Below, in pieces: positions 25,652 through 35,843 of a stretch of DNA of 49,053 nucleotides. How positions within the stretch are numbered: the first letter of the stretch is position 1; the number at the start of each line of letters is the position of its first letter. The stretch lies in the NCBI GenBank assembly GCA_041501125.1, contig JBGQNO010000004.1, forward strand, positions 1-49,053, read 5' to 3'. The position numbers and the translations under genes were made by a program. The notes under the pieces were generated by a model. The model worked only from the letters and a program-made list of their open reading frames with translations. It was not told the origin of the DNA and made no database searches. Source of the stretch: Candidatus Nanoarchaeia archaeon (lineage in GTDB: Archaea > Nanobdellota > Nanobdellia > Pacearchaeales > GW2011-AR1).

Positions 25652-27316
25652 ATGAAAGAGGTTATTGTCAATTTTCTTGCAAAGCATATCAACCTGGATA
25701 AAGAACTGATATCCAATGCACTGGAGATTCCACCGGATTCCAGTCTCGGTGACTATGCATTCCCGTGCTTTGTTCTGGCCAAGGTCATGAGGAGAAGTCC
25801 AGTCGATATAGCTACTTTGCTTGCTGGCGAGCTCGGAGCAAAACTTCCTAAGGAAATATCCGGAACAAATGCCAATGGCCCGTATCTGAACTTCTTTGTC
25901 AATAAGAAAATTTTCCTTGAGAACACAATAAACACAATCTTGAAGGAAAAAGAGAAATTCGGATGCTGCAAGCTTGGTAAGGGAAAGAAAGTACTAATCG
26001 AGCACACAAGCCTAAACCCAAACTCAGACCCTCACGTTGGCAGGATAAGAAACTCGCTCATAGGAGACTGCATCTCAAGAATTATGAAATTCCACGGCTT
26101 CGATGTTGAAACTCACTTTTATGTTAATGATGTCAGCAAGCAGGTAGCGATGCTTGTCCTTAAATGCAAGGCAAATGAAAAATTTTCTGATTTGCTGAAA
26201 AGATATGTTGAGGTTACAAAAGAAATGGAGAAAAAACCAGAGCTTGAGAAGCAAGTATTCGGGCTGCTTGAAAAATTCGAGAAGAATGACAAGCCAACAC
26301 AGGAAAAATTCAGGAAGATTGTCAAGATAGCAGTAACCGGTCAGCAGAAAATCCTCGCCAGGCTTGGAATTAATTTTGACAAGTTTGACTATGAGTCAGA
26401 TTATATTTCTGAAGGAGAAAAGATTCTCAAGGCTCTTGATAACACCGGAAAACTCTTTACTGATGAAGAGAACCGCAAGGTGCTTGATGAAAAGGGCTTT
26501 GGTTTGGAGCAGAAAATGAAAGTGCCTGTTTTTGTCCTGACAAGAAGCGATGGCACCGGGCTGTATGCTTTAAGAGACATTGCTTATACAATACACAAAT
26601 TAAGCCTTGCTCCAAGAAATATTCTTGTGCTTGGCGAGGACCAAAAGCTTTACTTTGAGCAGGTAAAGGCAGCCTTGAAGATTCTTAACTACAATTCTCC
26701 TGAAATTGTTCATTATTCCTATGTGCTCATACAAACAAAGGAAGGTCCAGCCAAGATGTCAACCCGAAAAGGTGAGCTTGTCCTGATGTCTGATTTTATG
26801 AAAGAAGCAACAGAAAAAGCAGCGTCTGAGATTAAAAAGAGAAAAACAAAGGGAAATGCCAAGAAAATTGCCAATGGTGCCATAAAATTTGCAATGTTAA
26901 GGAATGACCCAAACAAGAATATAGTGTTTGACTGGGATACTGCATTGAACTTTGAAGGCGAATCCGGCCCTTACCTGCAATATAGCTATGCTCGAGCATC
27001 AAGCATAATGAAAAAAGCAAAGTCCAAGATGCCTGGAAAAATAAAGGTCATCAGTCTTTGTGAGAAAGAAGTCGAACTTGCCAAGAAACTGGCAGAGTTT
27101 CCAACACTAGCTGAACAAGTCTATGTAAAAATGGACCCTAGCCTGCTGGCAAACTATGTTTTCAAGCTTTCTCAAGTCTTTAACGAGTTCTATCATGCCT
27201 GTCCTGTCATTAAAAGTCAGGAAAAAAAGCAAAGAATTGGGGTTGTCCAGGCGTTCTTGTATATCCAAAAGCTAGCTCTTGGATTATTAGGCATAGAAGT
27301 TATGGAAGAAATGTAG
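25652..27316 (+). CDS. argS: Arginyl-tRNA synthetase
   Basis: GDYAFPCF, GPYLNF, HVGR (HIGH variant), KMSTRKG, FEGESGPYLQYSYARASSI, DALR domain; start refined to the ATG at 25652. Confidence 0.97.
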   Translation: MKEVIVNFLAKHINLDKELISNALEIPPDSSLGDYAFPCFVLAKVMRRSPVDIATLLAGELGAKLPKEISGTNANGPYLNFFVNKKIFLENTINTILKEKEKFGCCKLGKGKKVLIEHTSLNPNSDPHVGRIRNSLIGDCISRIMKFHGFDVETHFYVNDVSKQVAMLVLKCKANEKFSDLLKRYVEVTKEMEKKPELEKQVFGLLEKFEKNDKPTQEKFRKIVKIAVTGQQKILARLGINFDKFDYESDYISEGEKILKALDNTGKLFTDEENRKVLDEKGFGLEQKMKVPVFVLTRSDGTGLYALRDIAYTIHKLSLAPRNILVLGEDQKLYFEQVKAALKILNYNSPEIVHYSYVLIQTKEGPAKMSTRKGELVLMSDFMKEATEKAASEIKKRKTKGNAKKIANGAIKFAMLRNDPNKNIVFDWDTALNFEGESGPYLQYSYARASSIMKKAKSKMPGKIKVISLCEKEVELAKKLAEFPTLAEQVYVKMDPSLLANYVFKLSQVFNEFYHACPVIKSQEKKQRIGVVQAFLYIQKLALGLLGIEVMEEM

Positions 27317-27556
27317 TGTGAAATATATTCTATAAAGTGTATATTACAGTGTATATATTAAACAATATAGTTAATTATTGGGCTCATTAGTGTTAATAAG
27401 CCGTATAAGTGCCAAATACACACGCAATAGCCTTTTTTGTTGTAACTCAATGATTTCTTGGTTTTAATTTATAAACTTAACCCTTACTTAGACAAACCTT
27501 ATAAACCAGAAAACCGGTGTAAGAATGCTTACTTTCAAAAGTAAGAGGAGGATAGA

Positions 27557-27598
27557 ATGGCAAAACCAAAAGATCCAGCTCAACCACCAGCAGCTTAA
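27557..27598 (+). CDS. Candidate 13-aa small protein MAKPKDPAQPPAA (not in the ORF track)
   Basis: AGGAGG Shine-Dalgarno 5 nt before the ATG, TTATAAA box at 27499, flanking hairpins and a downstream T-tract. Confidence 0.55.
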   Translation: MAKPKDPAQPPAA

Positions 27599-27709
27599 AA
27601 CTGCGTGATAGACTGAATCCAGTCGATTATACTTTTTCTTTATTTTTCTTATTTTTTACCTATATTGTGCTAAAGTAAATATTTTTAACCTACCAGTCTA
27701 TATTTTGAG

Positions 27710-29029
27710 ATGCCAAAGTCAGTTTATTTTGAAACTTATGGATGCTCAGCAAACCAGAACAATACTGAAATAATACAAGGCTTGTTAGTTAAAGCAGGCT
27801 ACAATCTAGCTAAGAATTCTGAAAAAGCTGATTTTATAGTTATTAACTCATGCATTGTCAAAGGACCAACTGAAAATAGGATTAAATCCAGAATAAACGA
27901 ACTTTCCTCGCTTGGCAAGCAAATTATTGTTGCAGGTTGCATGCCAGATGTCAGAAAATCAGAGCTAAGCAAGTTAAATGTCAAACTTCTTGGAACAAAG
28001 AGCATTAAGTCTATAGTCAAACTTCTTGAGTCAGATTCTAAAGAGCTATTTAATAACAAAGAGATTAAGCTTGACAACTGCAAAATAAGCAGAAACCCGT
28101 GCGTCTCTATCACCCAAATCTCAGAAGGCTGTCTTGGAAACTGCTCTTATTGCGCAACCAGGTTAGCCAAAGGAAACCTTTTCTCATTCCCAGAACAAGA
28201 AATTCTGGCAAGCATTGAACACGACTTAACTAAAGGAGCTAAAGAAATCTGGGTGACAAGCCAGGACAATGCAATTTATGGCATTGATAAAGGCAAACCT
28301 AGACTTGCTGAGTTGTTAAACAAGATAATCAGTCTGCCTTATGAGTTTATGTTGAGAATAGGAATGCTTAATCCAAAAGCAACATCTGAAATCAAGGAAC
28401 AGCTGGCAGAAATAATGAAAAATCCAAAAGTTTACAAATTCCTGCATATTCCAGTTCAGTCAGGCTCAAACAAAATCCTCAAAGCCATGAACAGGAACTA
28501 TACAAAAGAGGATTTTGTTGAGTTAATTAAATTCTTTAAACAGCAGCTTCCGGAAATTTCCATTGCAACAGACATAATTGTAGGTTTTCCTGGCGAGTCT
28601 GAGGAAGATTTCAAGGAAACTTCCAGTTTAATAAAAGAAATCAAGCCAGATTTCATTAATGTAAGCAGATTCTGGCCAATGCAAGGCACTGAAGCAGCCA
28701 GAATGAAACAGATTCCAGCAGAAATCATGGGACAACGAGCAATAGAAATACTCAGGCTTTACAAATCTCAGCTTGACAATCAAAGCTGGACTGGCAAAAA
28801 AGAAAAATGCCTAATCAATTTGAAAAACAAGCGAGGCTTCTTTGCTAGAAATTCAAACTACAAAAGAATCTTGGTTGAAAATGCCCAGCAGTCGGATTTG
28901 GGAAAATTTGTTGACATTGAGGTTACAGGAACTCTGAAAAACTATTTGAGGGGAAAAATCTTAAGATTAAAAAAATCCCTTAAACCACTCACCAACTTTT
29001 ATTGCCCAGCCAGTAAATCCAAGTCTTAA
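27710..29029 (+). CDS. tRNA methylthiotransferase, MtaB/CDKAL1-like (t6A37 to ms2t6A)
   Basis: UPF0004 N-terminus (TYGCSAN, INSC.VK, VAGC), radical SAM GCLGNCSYC, DIIVGFPGE, C-terminal TRAM-like domain. Confidence 0.88.
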   Translation: MPKSVYFETYGCSANQNNTEIIQGLLVKAGYNLAKNSEKADFIVINSCIVKGPTENRIKSRINELSSLGKQIIVAGCMPDVRKSELSKLNVKLLGTKSIKSIVKLLESDSKELFNNKEIKLDNCKISRNPCVSITQISEGCLGNCSYCATRLAKGNLFSFPEQEILASIEHDLTKGAKEIWVTSQDNAIYGIDKGKPRLAELLNKIISLPYEFMLRIGMLNPKATSEIKEQLAEIMKNPKVYKFLHIPVQSGSNKILKAMNRNYTKEDFVELIKFFKQQLPEISIATDIIVGFPGESEEDFKETSSLIKEIKPDFINVSRFWPMQGTEAARMKQIPAEIMGQRAIEILRLYKSQLDNQSWTGKKEKCLINLKNKRGFFARNSNYKRILVENAQQSDLGKFVDIEVTGTLKNYLRGKILRLKKSLKPLTNFYCPASKSKS

Positions 29030-32000
29030 ACACAACCCATTTGTGCAATAATGCCCTGTAGGGCATTTGACATTTTCACCCAGTGCAACACTGCCTTGGC
29101 AATACCACTCTTTTAGCGTGCCGTCTTTGTTGCAGCCATCTGTACTTGTCTCTGTTGTACCGTCTGCCTTTACCACTATTGTGCTGCCTTTCACAAGATA
29201 GTTCTTTCCATTGTCGCTATCTTGACATGTTGCAGTTATATTCTGTGGCGTGGCAACACAAGCACCATCATTGCAGGAATAACCTTGCGGACAAATGTAA
29301 ATATTGTTTATACAACTTTTTCCATCAGCACTGCAAGATTTCTCATTTAGGCGTATCACCGAAGGATTCTGTGAATCAGGCAAACATATATCTGGGGCAT
29401 CTTCGCCCGGACTTATGCATGTCCCTTTAACATAATAATTTATGCCACCATCGCTGTCCTTGCATGTTGGTGTAACTTGCTGGGCTGGCGCACTCAAACA
29501 TTTTCCATCCTGGCATCCATACTGACAAGTATAAGCCTCTGATCTTAATATTCCAGCAGGATCTCCAACTGCTCCACAAAACCACTCTCTCAAAAGAACA
29601 TCAGACTGGCAAAAATCAGATTCAGTACGCCCAGGAATTGTTATAGTTCCCTTGATATTATAATTCTTACCTTCATCAGTATCAGCACAAGTTGGCTGTA
29701 CTGTTTGTTTCAAACAAGCACCATCACTGCATCCATAAGGACAAGCATAAACTTGTTTGAATATATCAGTTAGCAAACTGCAAACACCATCAGAAGCATC
29801 ATTCTCCTCAACGTAATACTCCATTAAATTATTACTGTCTGCACAGTAGTCTGTCACACAATTACTTCCCATGCAAGCAACTCCTTTAACCTCATAATTA
29901 ATTCCACCATCAGATTCCTTGCAGTTTATTGTCTGGTTTTGTACAGCTTGAATACATGCGCCATTCTCGCACTTATAACCGCTTGGACAACTTACAATCT
30001 CTCTTAACCAAGTCGTAGAATTAACACAATAAAACTCTCTTAATTTACTTGTATCATCACACATATCAGAATTGCTTCCTGCTACTGGCGGCTTGCAATC
30101 TCCACAAATTCCGTAGACGCTTCCTCGTTTTAAGTAATCTCTGCCATTGTCAGTATCAGTGCATGTTATGTTTGATATTGTTTTAGGCAAGCAAACTCCA
30201 TTTTTACATCCATTTGTACATTTATACTTTAAAATATTAAGCTTATTTGCATCGCAATAACCTTCTCCTAGCCATTCACTAGAAGGCGTTTCATCCCAAG
30301 TTGTTGGGTCTAAACACTTGTCTTTATTTGACACAAAAGTTCCATTATATATCCCTGAGAAATTTCCTTGAGTATAATAGTTAATTCCACCGTCGCTGTC
30401 AGTGCATGTCGTTGTCTGGTTTGCGACTTGAACGCAGGCACCATCCACGCAATTTCCAGGGCAAGTGTATTTTATACTGGCTGATTGATTATTTGAGCAA
30501 TAATACTCATTCACCATAAATCCTTTGTCTCTTTCCCAAGAACAGAAATCTATTTTGGTAATATTATTGACTGTTGTGTTTCCTTTCAAAAAGAAATTTT
30601 TTCCATTGTCAGTATCAGTACATGTCATATTTGTAACATTAGTTACAATTTCCTTTATACAAATGCCATTCTCACAAGTCTCATCACTTGCGCACTTAAT
30701 CCAAGCTCCATTTTGGCAAACTAAGCTTTTATTTATTGAGCAGCTTCCAGATAAAATAGTTTTGTTGCAAATGGCCAGGTGCGTGTTTCCACTGAGGAAC
30801 GGACAACCAACCATATTGTCATTTCCACATACATTGCTTGTGCAAAATTCTGTAGGAAACTGATAAGTTTCAGTACAGTTTTTTGGAGCTAACTTCTCGC
30901 AGTTGTAACAACCTGTGTGCTGGGGATCGTGCATAAACATTGGCCAAGCCATATTAGAAGGATCGTAATCTACTTGTAAGTTAAATATATATAATTTACC
31001 GAATTGATAAGAACACCCAGGATCACATTTAAGAGGAGAAGTCATAACAGCTAAATCAGTTTTGCCATCATTGTCAACATCTTCTATTACTATCTCTTTA
31101 ACAAAATCTACATCGCTCTGTGTAGGAATTATAATTTTCTCCTGTAATGAACCATCAAAATTAAAAATCCAGATATTTGAAGATTTCCCTTCCCAGAAGC
31201 GAGGCCTACTTCCTAAAATAATCTCTTGTGTTCCATCATTGTCTATATCTCCTGCAACAAGTGTTCTACCACTTTCATATATTGATTGGCCGTAGTCAAT
31301 CTCAAAACGACGATTCAGATTTCCTTCTATATCAAAGATAGCAATTGAATCCCTTTCTACCGCCCAAGTTCCAATTTGAGAAGCGACAATATAAAACTTA
31401 TTATCTTGTTCAAGAAGAATTACTCTGTTAGTAATATAACCAAAAGTATTAAATTCATTTAAGATTTCTCCAGAAGAATCAAGAACATAAATCTTAGAAA
31501 CATAAGAGTTCGCATCTGCATAAGACCTATTTAAGTCAATATAATCAAAAAATAGGATAAATTCTTTTTCATTATCATTATTTATATCTCCCGATATTAA
31601 AAAGTCCTGATAAATCTGCGGCTGCACCTTCTGTATAGAATTGAAATCAAAAATAAGAGAAGAGTTTAATAATTCTCCAGAAGAATCATATTTTTCTAAT
31701 TGAATTTTATTTTCATTGATATTCCCGGAGATAAGTGCGATATACTTTACTAATCCAACCATCTCATTTGTGAGTATCAAAGGGCGAATATAAAATCCAT
31801 ATCTGTAGTCATTAGGGTTGAATGAGTCTGTATTAATATTTGCAAAAGGCTTCGAAAAAATAGTAGTTAAGAGGTTTCCAGAATAGTCAAAAAACTTAAA
31901 ACTTGATGCGATATTTTTAATCGTACTAAGTATATCTCCCTTCCATTCATCTCTTAAATATTCTCCTAAAATTCTTTCACTAGAAGGAAAAATAAAAGGA

Positions 32001-34684
32001 TTTATATCTTGACTACTCCAGTATTCGGAAAATTCAGGATATAGTGAAATATAAGGCCATTTTTGTTTATAATTTAGATTTTCATCAAAAACCCCCAATG
32101 AACTATAGCATCTGCCAGGCACACCGTCATTTACTGTTTCATTTACTGTTCGAATGAATGCTAATAACTTGTTTTTTGAATTTAATGAGATAATAGAATT
32201 ACCAAACAAAAACCCTCCACAATCCCCATTTTTAAAATCAAGAATCTTGTATAACCCGGAAGGTTTCCAAATTTCAATTACATTTTTAGAAATATACCAC
32301 CCTCCTCCCAAAGCAATCGATTTATCTGAATTAAATATAATTTCTTTATCTTGATCATCATTTATATCTGCAACAGACAATGAAATTGGGGCTTTGAAAG
32401 TTATGGTATGATATACTCCTACTCCCTCTCTTAATCGCTTAAAAATTATGACTTTTAAGGGAACACTTTCTACAGCCTTGCCAGTTTTTGTATATGCCTC
32501 AATTTTTAACTCGTATGAATCGTCTTCAAAAGAATCCACGTTTACACTTCCTATTTCTCCACTTTTTAAGGGTTCGGAAGATGCATGAACTGTCTGCCAG
32601 TCTTCTCCTATTTTTCTCATTTTTAATTCATATCTTGCATACTCCCCATTGTCAACAGAACCTAAAATTTTCTCTGTAGGCTGTATCATATAATTTTCTT
32701 CATTTCCTGCTTGTGTAATATAAAAGTTTTTTATTTCAAAAATTATTGTGTCTTTAAACTTTATTCCCTTGCTGTTTTGCACTTCAAGTTGTAATATAAC
32801 TTGGCCGTTATCAAAAAGAGTAGTGTCCAAATTATATAACTGTGTCCCAGAGGGTTGTGTATCCGAACTAGTAATTATTTCTCTCCAGCCTCTTTCTAAA
32901 TGTTCTAGATAAAGAGTATATTTAGAAAAATTACTTACATTGATTATAGCATCTAAACTAATAACTCCAGAAACTTTTGATTCAACAGGCAATATTTCAA
33001 CTTTCCCCGATCCTTCTAACTCTACAGCCCCAAAAACATCAGTCCTTCCATAACCTTGTGTTGTTACAGGTTCATTGATATCAACAGCAGTATTCCTCAA
33101 AGCAGCTTTGATTTCTTCCGGCGTCCAGTCAGGTTTTTTCTGTTTAAGCAAAGCAGCAGCTCCTGCAACATGCGGTGTTGCCATGCTTGTTCCTGAAATT
33201 GCAACATGCTTGTCGTCTAAACACTGGTAACTTGCCCACGGCTTGTTTGAAGATTGTGCAGCACAAATATTAACACCCGGTGCAGTAACATCTGGCTTAA
33301 CTATTGCTCTTTCATTTCCCTCGCTGTCTGTCCAGATTACAGGTCCTCTTGAACTAAAACTTGCAATCTTATCTTGCTTATCTGTAGCACCAACAGTTAT
33401 TGCTTTCCTTGCTGTTCCTGGACTTCCAATTGTATTCTCTCCAGGCCCAGAATTTCCAGCAGCAATAACTGCAACAACACCAGCATCAACAGCATTATCA
33501 ATTGCTTGGCTTGGTGCATCATCAGGATTTCCATAACCTCCAAGACTCATTGAAATTATATCAACATGGTCTGAGAAATTTCCATCTTGATTGGGGTCAA
33601 CAGCTCTTTCTATTCCTGCAATTACTCCCTCAAAAGAACCACTACCACCAGCGTCTAAAACTTTGTAAGCATAAAGTTTAGCATCAGGCGCAACACCCTT
33701 TAGTGTTCCGTTTCCCGCCGCTGTTGCAGCAACATGTGTTCCGTGTCCCATGTCATCCATAGGATCAGCATCATTATTAATAAAATCCCAGCCACCAACA
33801 ACCTTGCAACCAGCTCCAAAACATCCTCCTAAATCCGGATGTGTGTAGTCAACTCCAGTATCAATAATCGCAATGCTAATTCCTTTTCCTGTCAAACAAT
33901 CTTTTCCAGAACTTGCACACGAGTTTCCCTCGCTGTCTAACAACCAGACATCATCAGCATTAATCAAAGGAACAGAATCCATCAACATTGCTTTAACTTC
34001 GTAATTAGGCTGAACACTTTTCACTCCATCAACTTTCTCAATTTCTTTTGCTTCTTCTGCTGAAATGTTTAAGGCAACACCATTAAACACTTTTTCATAG
34101 TCATTTAAAACTTTTAATTCGCTGTTGTCTATTGCATGTCCTGTAATTTTACTCAAAAATCCAGATATCGCGCTGCCAGTTATTTTCTCACTTTTTAATT
34201 TAGCAAGCTTGCTCTTTATTCTCTCTTTTACATCTTCATGATTTTTCTTAAGCTCTTTTTCATAATCTTTTACTTCATCTGCAATATCTTCAGGCATAAT
34301 TTTAATATATTTAGTATATGTTCCTGCAACTTTTGTTCCCACTTTATATAGCGGCGCTGCTTTGGCCTTTTCAACATAATTCTTGTTCTTTTCTGCTTCT
34401 TGTTTTAATTCTGCTTCCTTAACAACAAGTGGCGCATCCTCAAACTCAACAATATAACCTTGAAACTTAGGTGTTTCAGCCCCAGTGATGCTTTGTGATA
34501 CAAACATTCCCATTCCTCCATCTGTAACAGAAGTTATTACTCCTTCTTGCCCCAAAACCATTCCAGGTGTAACTTGTCCTATTGTTTGTTGGTTTTCATT
34601 TTTATCAGTAACTAATGCGTAAGTTAAACTTACACACAATATTAACAACATAAATGATATAAGAAACACACTCCTTTTTTGCAT
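28967..34684 (-). CDS. Large secreted S8 subtilase with I9-like prodomain, FG-GAP-like propeller and seven Cys-rich repeats
   Basis: Catalytic triad IIDTG / HGTHVA / GTSMATPH; DIN.D.D.E repeats; CxD[ST]DxG repeats. Confidence 0.92.
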   Translation of the reverse strand: MQKRSVFLISFMLLILCVSLTYALVTDKNENQQTIGQVTPGMVLGQEGVITSVTDGGMGMFVSQSITGAETPKFQGYIVEFEDAPLVVKEAELKQEAEKNKNYVEKAKAAPLYKVGTKVAGTYTKYIKIMPEDIADEVKDYEKELKKNHEDVKERIKSKLAKLKSEKITGSAISGFLSKITGHAIDNSELKVLNDYEKVFNGVALNISAEEAKEIEKVDGVKSVQPNYEVKAMLMDSVPLINADDVWLLDSEGNSCASSGKDCLTGKGISIAIIDTGVDYTHPDLGGCFGAGCKVVGGWDFINNDADPMDDMGHGTHVAATAAGNGTLKGVAPDAKLYAYKVLDAGGSGSFEGVIAGIERAVDPNQDGNFSDHVDIISMSLGGYGNPDDAPSQAIDNAVDAGVVAVIAAGNSGPGENTIGSPGTARKAITVGATDKQDKIASFSSRGPVIWTDSEGNERAIVKPDVTAPGVNICAAQSSNKPWASYQCLDDKHVAISGTSMATPHVAGAAALLKQKKPDWTPEEIKAALRNTAVDINEPVTTQGYGRTDVFGAVELEGSGKVEILPVESKVSGVISLDAIINVSNFSKYTLYLEHLERGWREIITSSDTQPSGTQLYNLDTTLFDNGQVILQLEVQNSKGIKFKDTIIFEIKNFYITQAGNEENYMIQPTEKILGSVDNGEYARYELKMRKIGEDWQTVHASSEPLKSGEIGSVNVDSFEDDSYELKIEAYTKTGKAVESVPLKVIIFKRLREGVGVYHTITFKAPISLSVADINDDQDKEIIFNSDKSIALGGGWYISKNVIEIWKPSGLYKILDFKNGDCGGFLFGNSIISLNSKNKLLAFIRTVNETVNDGVPGRCYSSLGVFDENLNYKQKWPYISLYPEFSEYWSSQDINPFIFPSSERILGEYLRDEWKGDILSTIKNIASSFKFFDYSGNLLTTIFSKPFANINTDSFNPNDYRYGFYIRPLILTNEMVGLVKYIALISGNINENKIQLEKYDSSGELLNSSLIFDFNSIQKVQPQIYQDFLISGDINNDNEKEFILFFDYIDLNRSYADANSYVSKIYVLDSSGEILNEFNTFGYITNRVILLEQDNKFYIVASQIGTWAVERDSIAIFDIEGNLNRRFEIDYGQSIYESGRTLVAGDIDNDGTQEIILGSRPRFWEGKSSNIWIFNFDGSLQEKIIIPTQSDVDFVKEIVIEDVDNDGKTDLAVMTSPLKCDPGCSYQFGKLYIFNLQVDYDPSNMAWPMFMHDPQHTGCYNCEKLAPKNCTETYQFPTEFCTSNVCGNDNMVGCPFLSGNTHLAICNKTILSGSCSINKSLVCQNGAWIKCASDETCENGICIKEIVTNVTNMTCTDTDNGKNFFLKGNTTVNNITKIDFCSWERDKGFMVNEYYCSNNQSASIKYTCPGNCVDGACVQVANQTTTCTDSDGGINYYTQGNFSGIYNGTFVSNKDKCLDPTTWDETPSSEWLGEGYCDANKLNILKYKCTNGCKNGVCLPKTISNITCTDTDNGRDYLKRGSVYGICGDCKPPVAGSNSDMCDDTSKLREFYCVNSTTWLREIVSCPSGYKCENGACIQAVQNQTINCKESDGGINYEVKGVACMGSNCVTDYCADSNNLMEYYVEENDASDGVCSLLTDIFKQVYACPYGCSDGACLKQTVQPTCADTDEGKNYNIKGTITIPGRTESDFCQSDVLLREWFCGAVGDPAGILRSEAYTCQYGCQDGKCLSAPAQQVTPTCKDSDGGINYYVKGTCISPGEDAPDICLPDSQNPSVIRLNEKSCSADGKSCINNIYICPQGYSCNDGACVATPQNITATCQDSDNGKNYLVKGSTIVVKADGTTETSTDGCNKDGTLKEWYCQGSVALGENVKCPTGHYCTNGLCLRLGFTGWAIKVGEWFKGFF

Positions 34685-34721
34685 ATACTCTTATGATTAT
34701 GCAGATTAAAAACTTTTTGTA

Positions 34722-34886
34722 TATTAATAACAAAACTTCTTTAACGCTTCCTCAGCAATTCATCTGCTTGATGATTGCCCGTGTAACCTCGCAAGGTCTT
34801 TGTTTGCCGCAGCGAGAAAGCCCACAGTGAAACGAGGAGCTTCACAGCAAGAGCAAATCAAAGATTATGTTTCAGCATTAATTCTT
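34722..34886 (+). repeat. Dispersed element copy (165 bp)
   Basis: Left end TATTAATAACAAAACTTC..ACGCTT..TCAGC, core GATTGCCCGTGTAACCTCGCAAGGT, right end CATTAATTCT; shares CACAGCAAGAG..AAAGATTA with the 25359 copy. Confidence 0.7.
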
Positions 34887-34981
34887 AGAATCTCAATTAG
34901 CAAACAAACAATAAAAGAAAGCTAATAATAGCTAAACCTTGTTTATCTCGGCTTCCTCTTTTTTTAAATTTGAGCAGCTAG

Positions 34982-35788
34982 TTACTTGACAGCTCTGAGT
35001 TTTCCCCAGGCAGATTCAAACATCTGTCCCAGCGCATTGGCAAGGAACTCTGTATTCAGCCAAACACCAATATCGTAGTTTGGATGTACCTTGTCATCAT
35101 CGAGCAGCATGAACATTACTTCTTTGCCGTCAATGATTACAAATCTTGCCTTGATGTCAGTTACACTTTTCAGTTCTGCTATCTTTGCAAGCTCTTTGGC
35201 AACTTTCTGGTTGTTTGCTGTAACAGGCGCAGCGATTCTTATCTTCACTCCGCGTTTCTTTGCAGCTTTCAACGAGTTTGCTAAAGATTCCATCTTCCTG
35301 TTCAATCCTTCTTCAGTTGTCATTATTGTCACAGACTTCTGGGCATTCCTTACCATCATATCAAGATGGTTGTACATGTTCTGCCTTCCCCTTAAGCTTC
35401 CGCTTAATTCGCTTGGCTCAATATACTTTATGCCGTTTGTGAACAATGTTGCAAGTTCAGTTATCACATCCTCTTCCTTAAGGTGTTCAAGCCTTTTTGT
35501 CTTTTCCTGCGCATCTCTCACAAGATTTTTCTTGACTCTTTCAATTACTTCTTCTGGTTTCAAAGCCATGAATTTGATTGGCTTTCCCAGTTTCATCAAG
35601 ATGAACCCCTTTTTCTCAAGACTTTCTAGAATGTCGTAGGTTCTGCTTCTTGGCACGTCGCTGATATTGCTCAACTCGCCAGCTGTTGATACACCTCTGG
35701 AGAGCAGTGCAGTCCATACTCTGGCCTCATATAAGTTCAGGTCAAAGATTTTTCTTAGCCTACTCAAAAATTCTTCTTTCACTATCAT
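34982..35788 (-). CDS. TrmB-family transcriptional regulator
   Basis: LNLYEARVWTALL...SNISDVPRSRTYDILESLEKKGF HTH. Confidence 0.92.
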   Translation of the reverse strand: MIVKEEFLSRLRKIFDLNLYEARVWTALLSRGVSTAGELSNISDVPRSRTYDILESLEKKGFILMKLGKPIKFMALKPEEVIERVKKNLVRDAQEKTKRLEHLKEEDVITELATLFTNGIKYIEPSELSGSLRGRQNMYNHLDMMVRNAQKSVTIMTTEEGLNRKMESLANSLKAAKKRGVKIRIAAPVTANNQKVAKELAKIAELKSVTDIKARFVIIDGKEVMFMLLDDDKVHPNYDIGVWLNTEFLANALGQMFESAWGKLRAVK

Positions 35789-35843
35789 TTTCGAACCTTA
35801 GTTTTATTATGATGGAGTGATATTTAAACCTTTCTTCACTGCG

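Noticed and set aside
28967-34684. Diversity-generating retroelement target in the surface proteins
   Set aside because: No reverse transcriptase and no TR/VR pair differing at adenines seen.
34765-34840. Hammerhead ribozyme (TGATGA ... GAAAC)
   Set aside because: The core reads CTTGATGA rather than CTGANGA, and the three required stems cannot be built.
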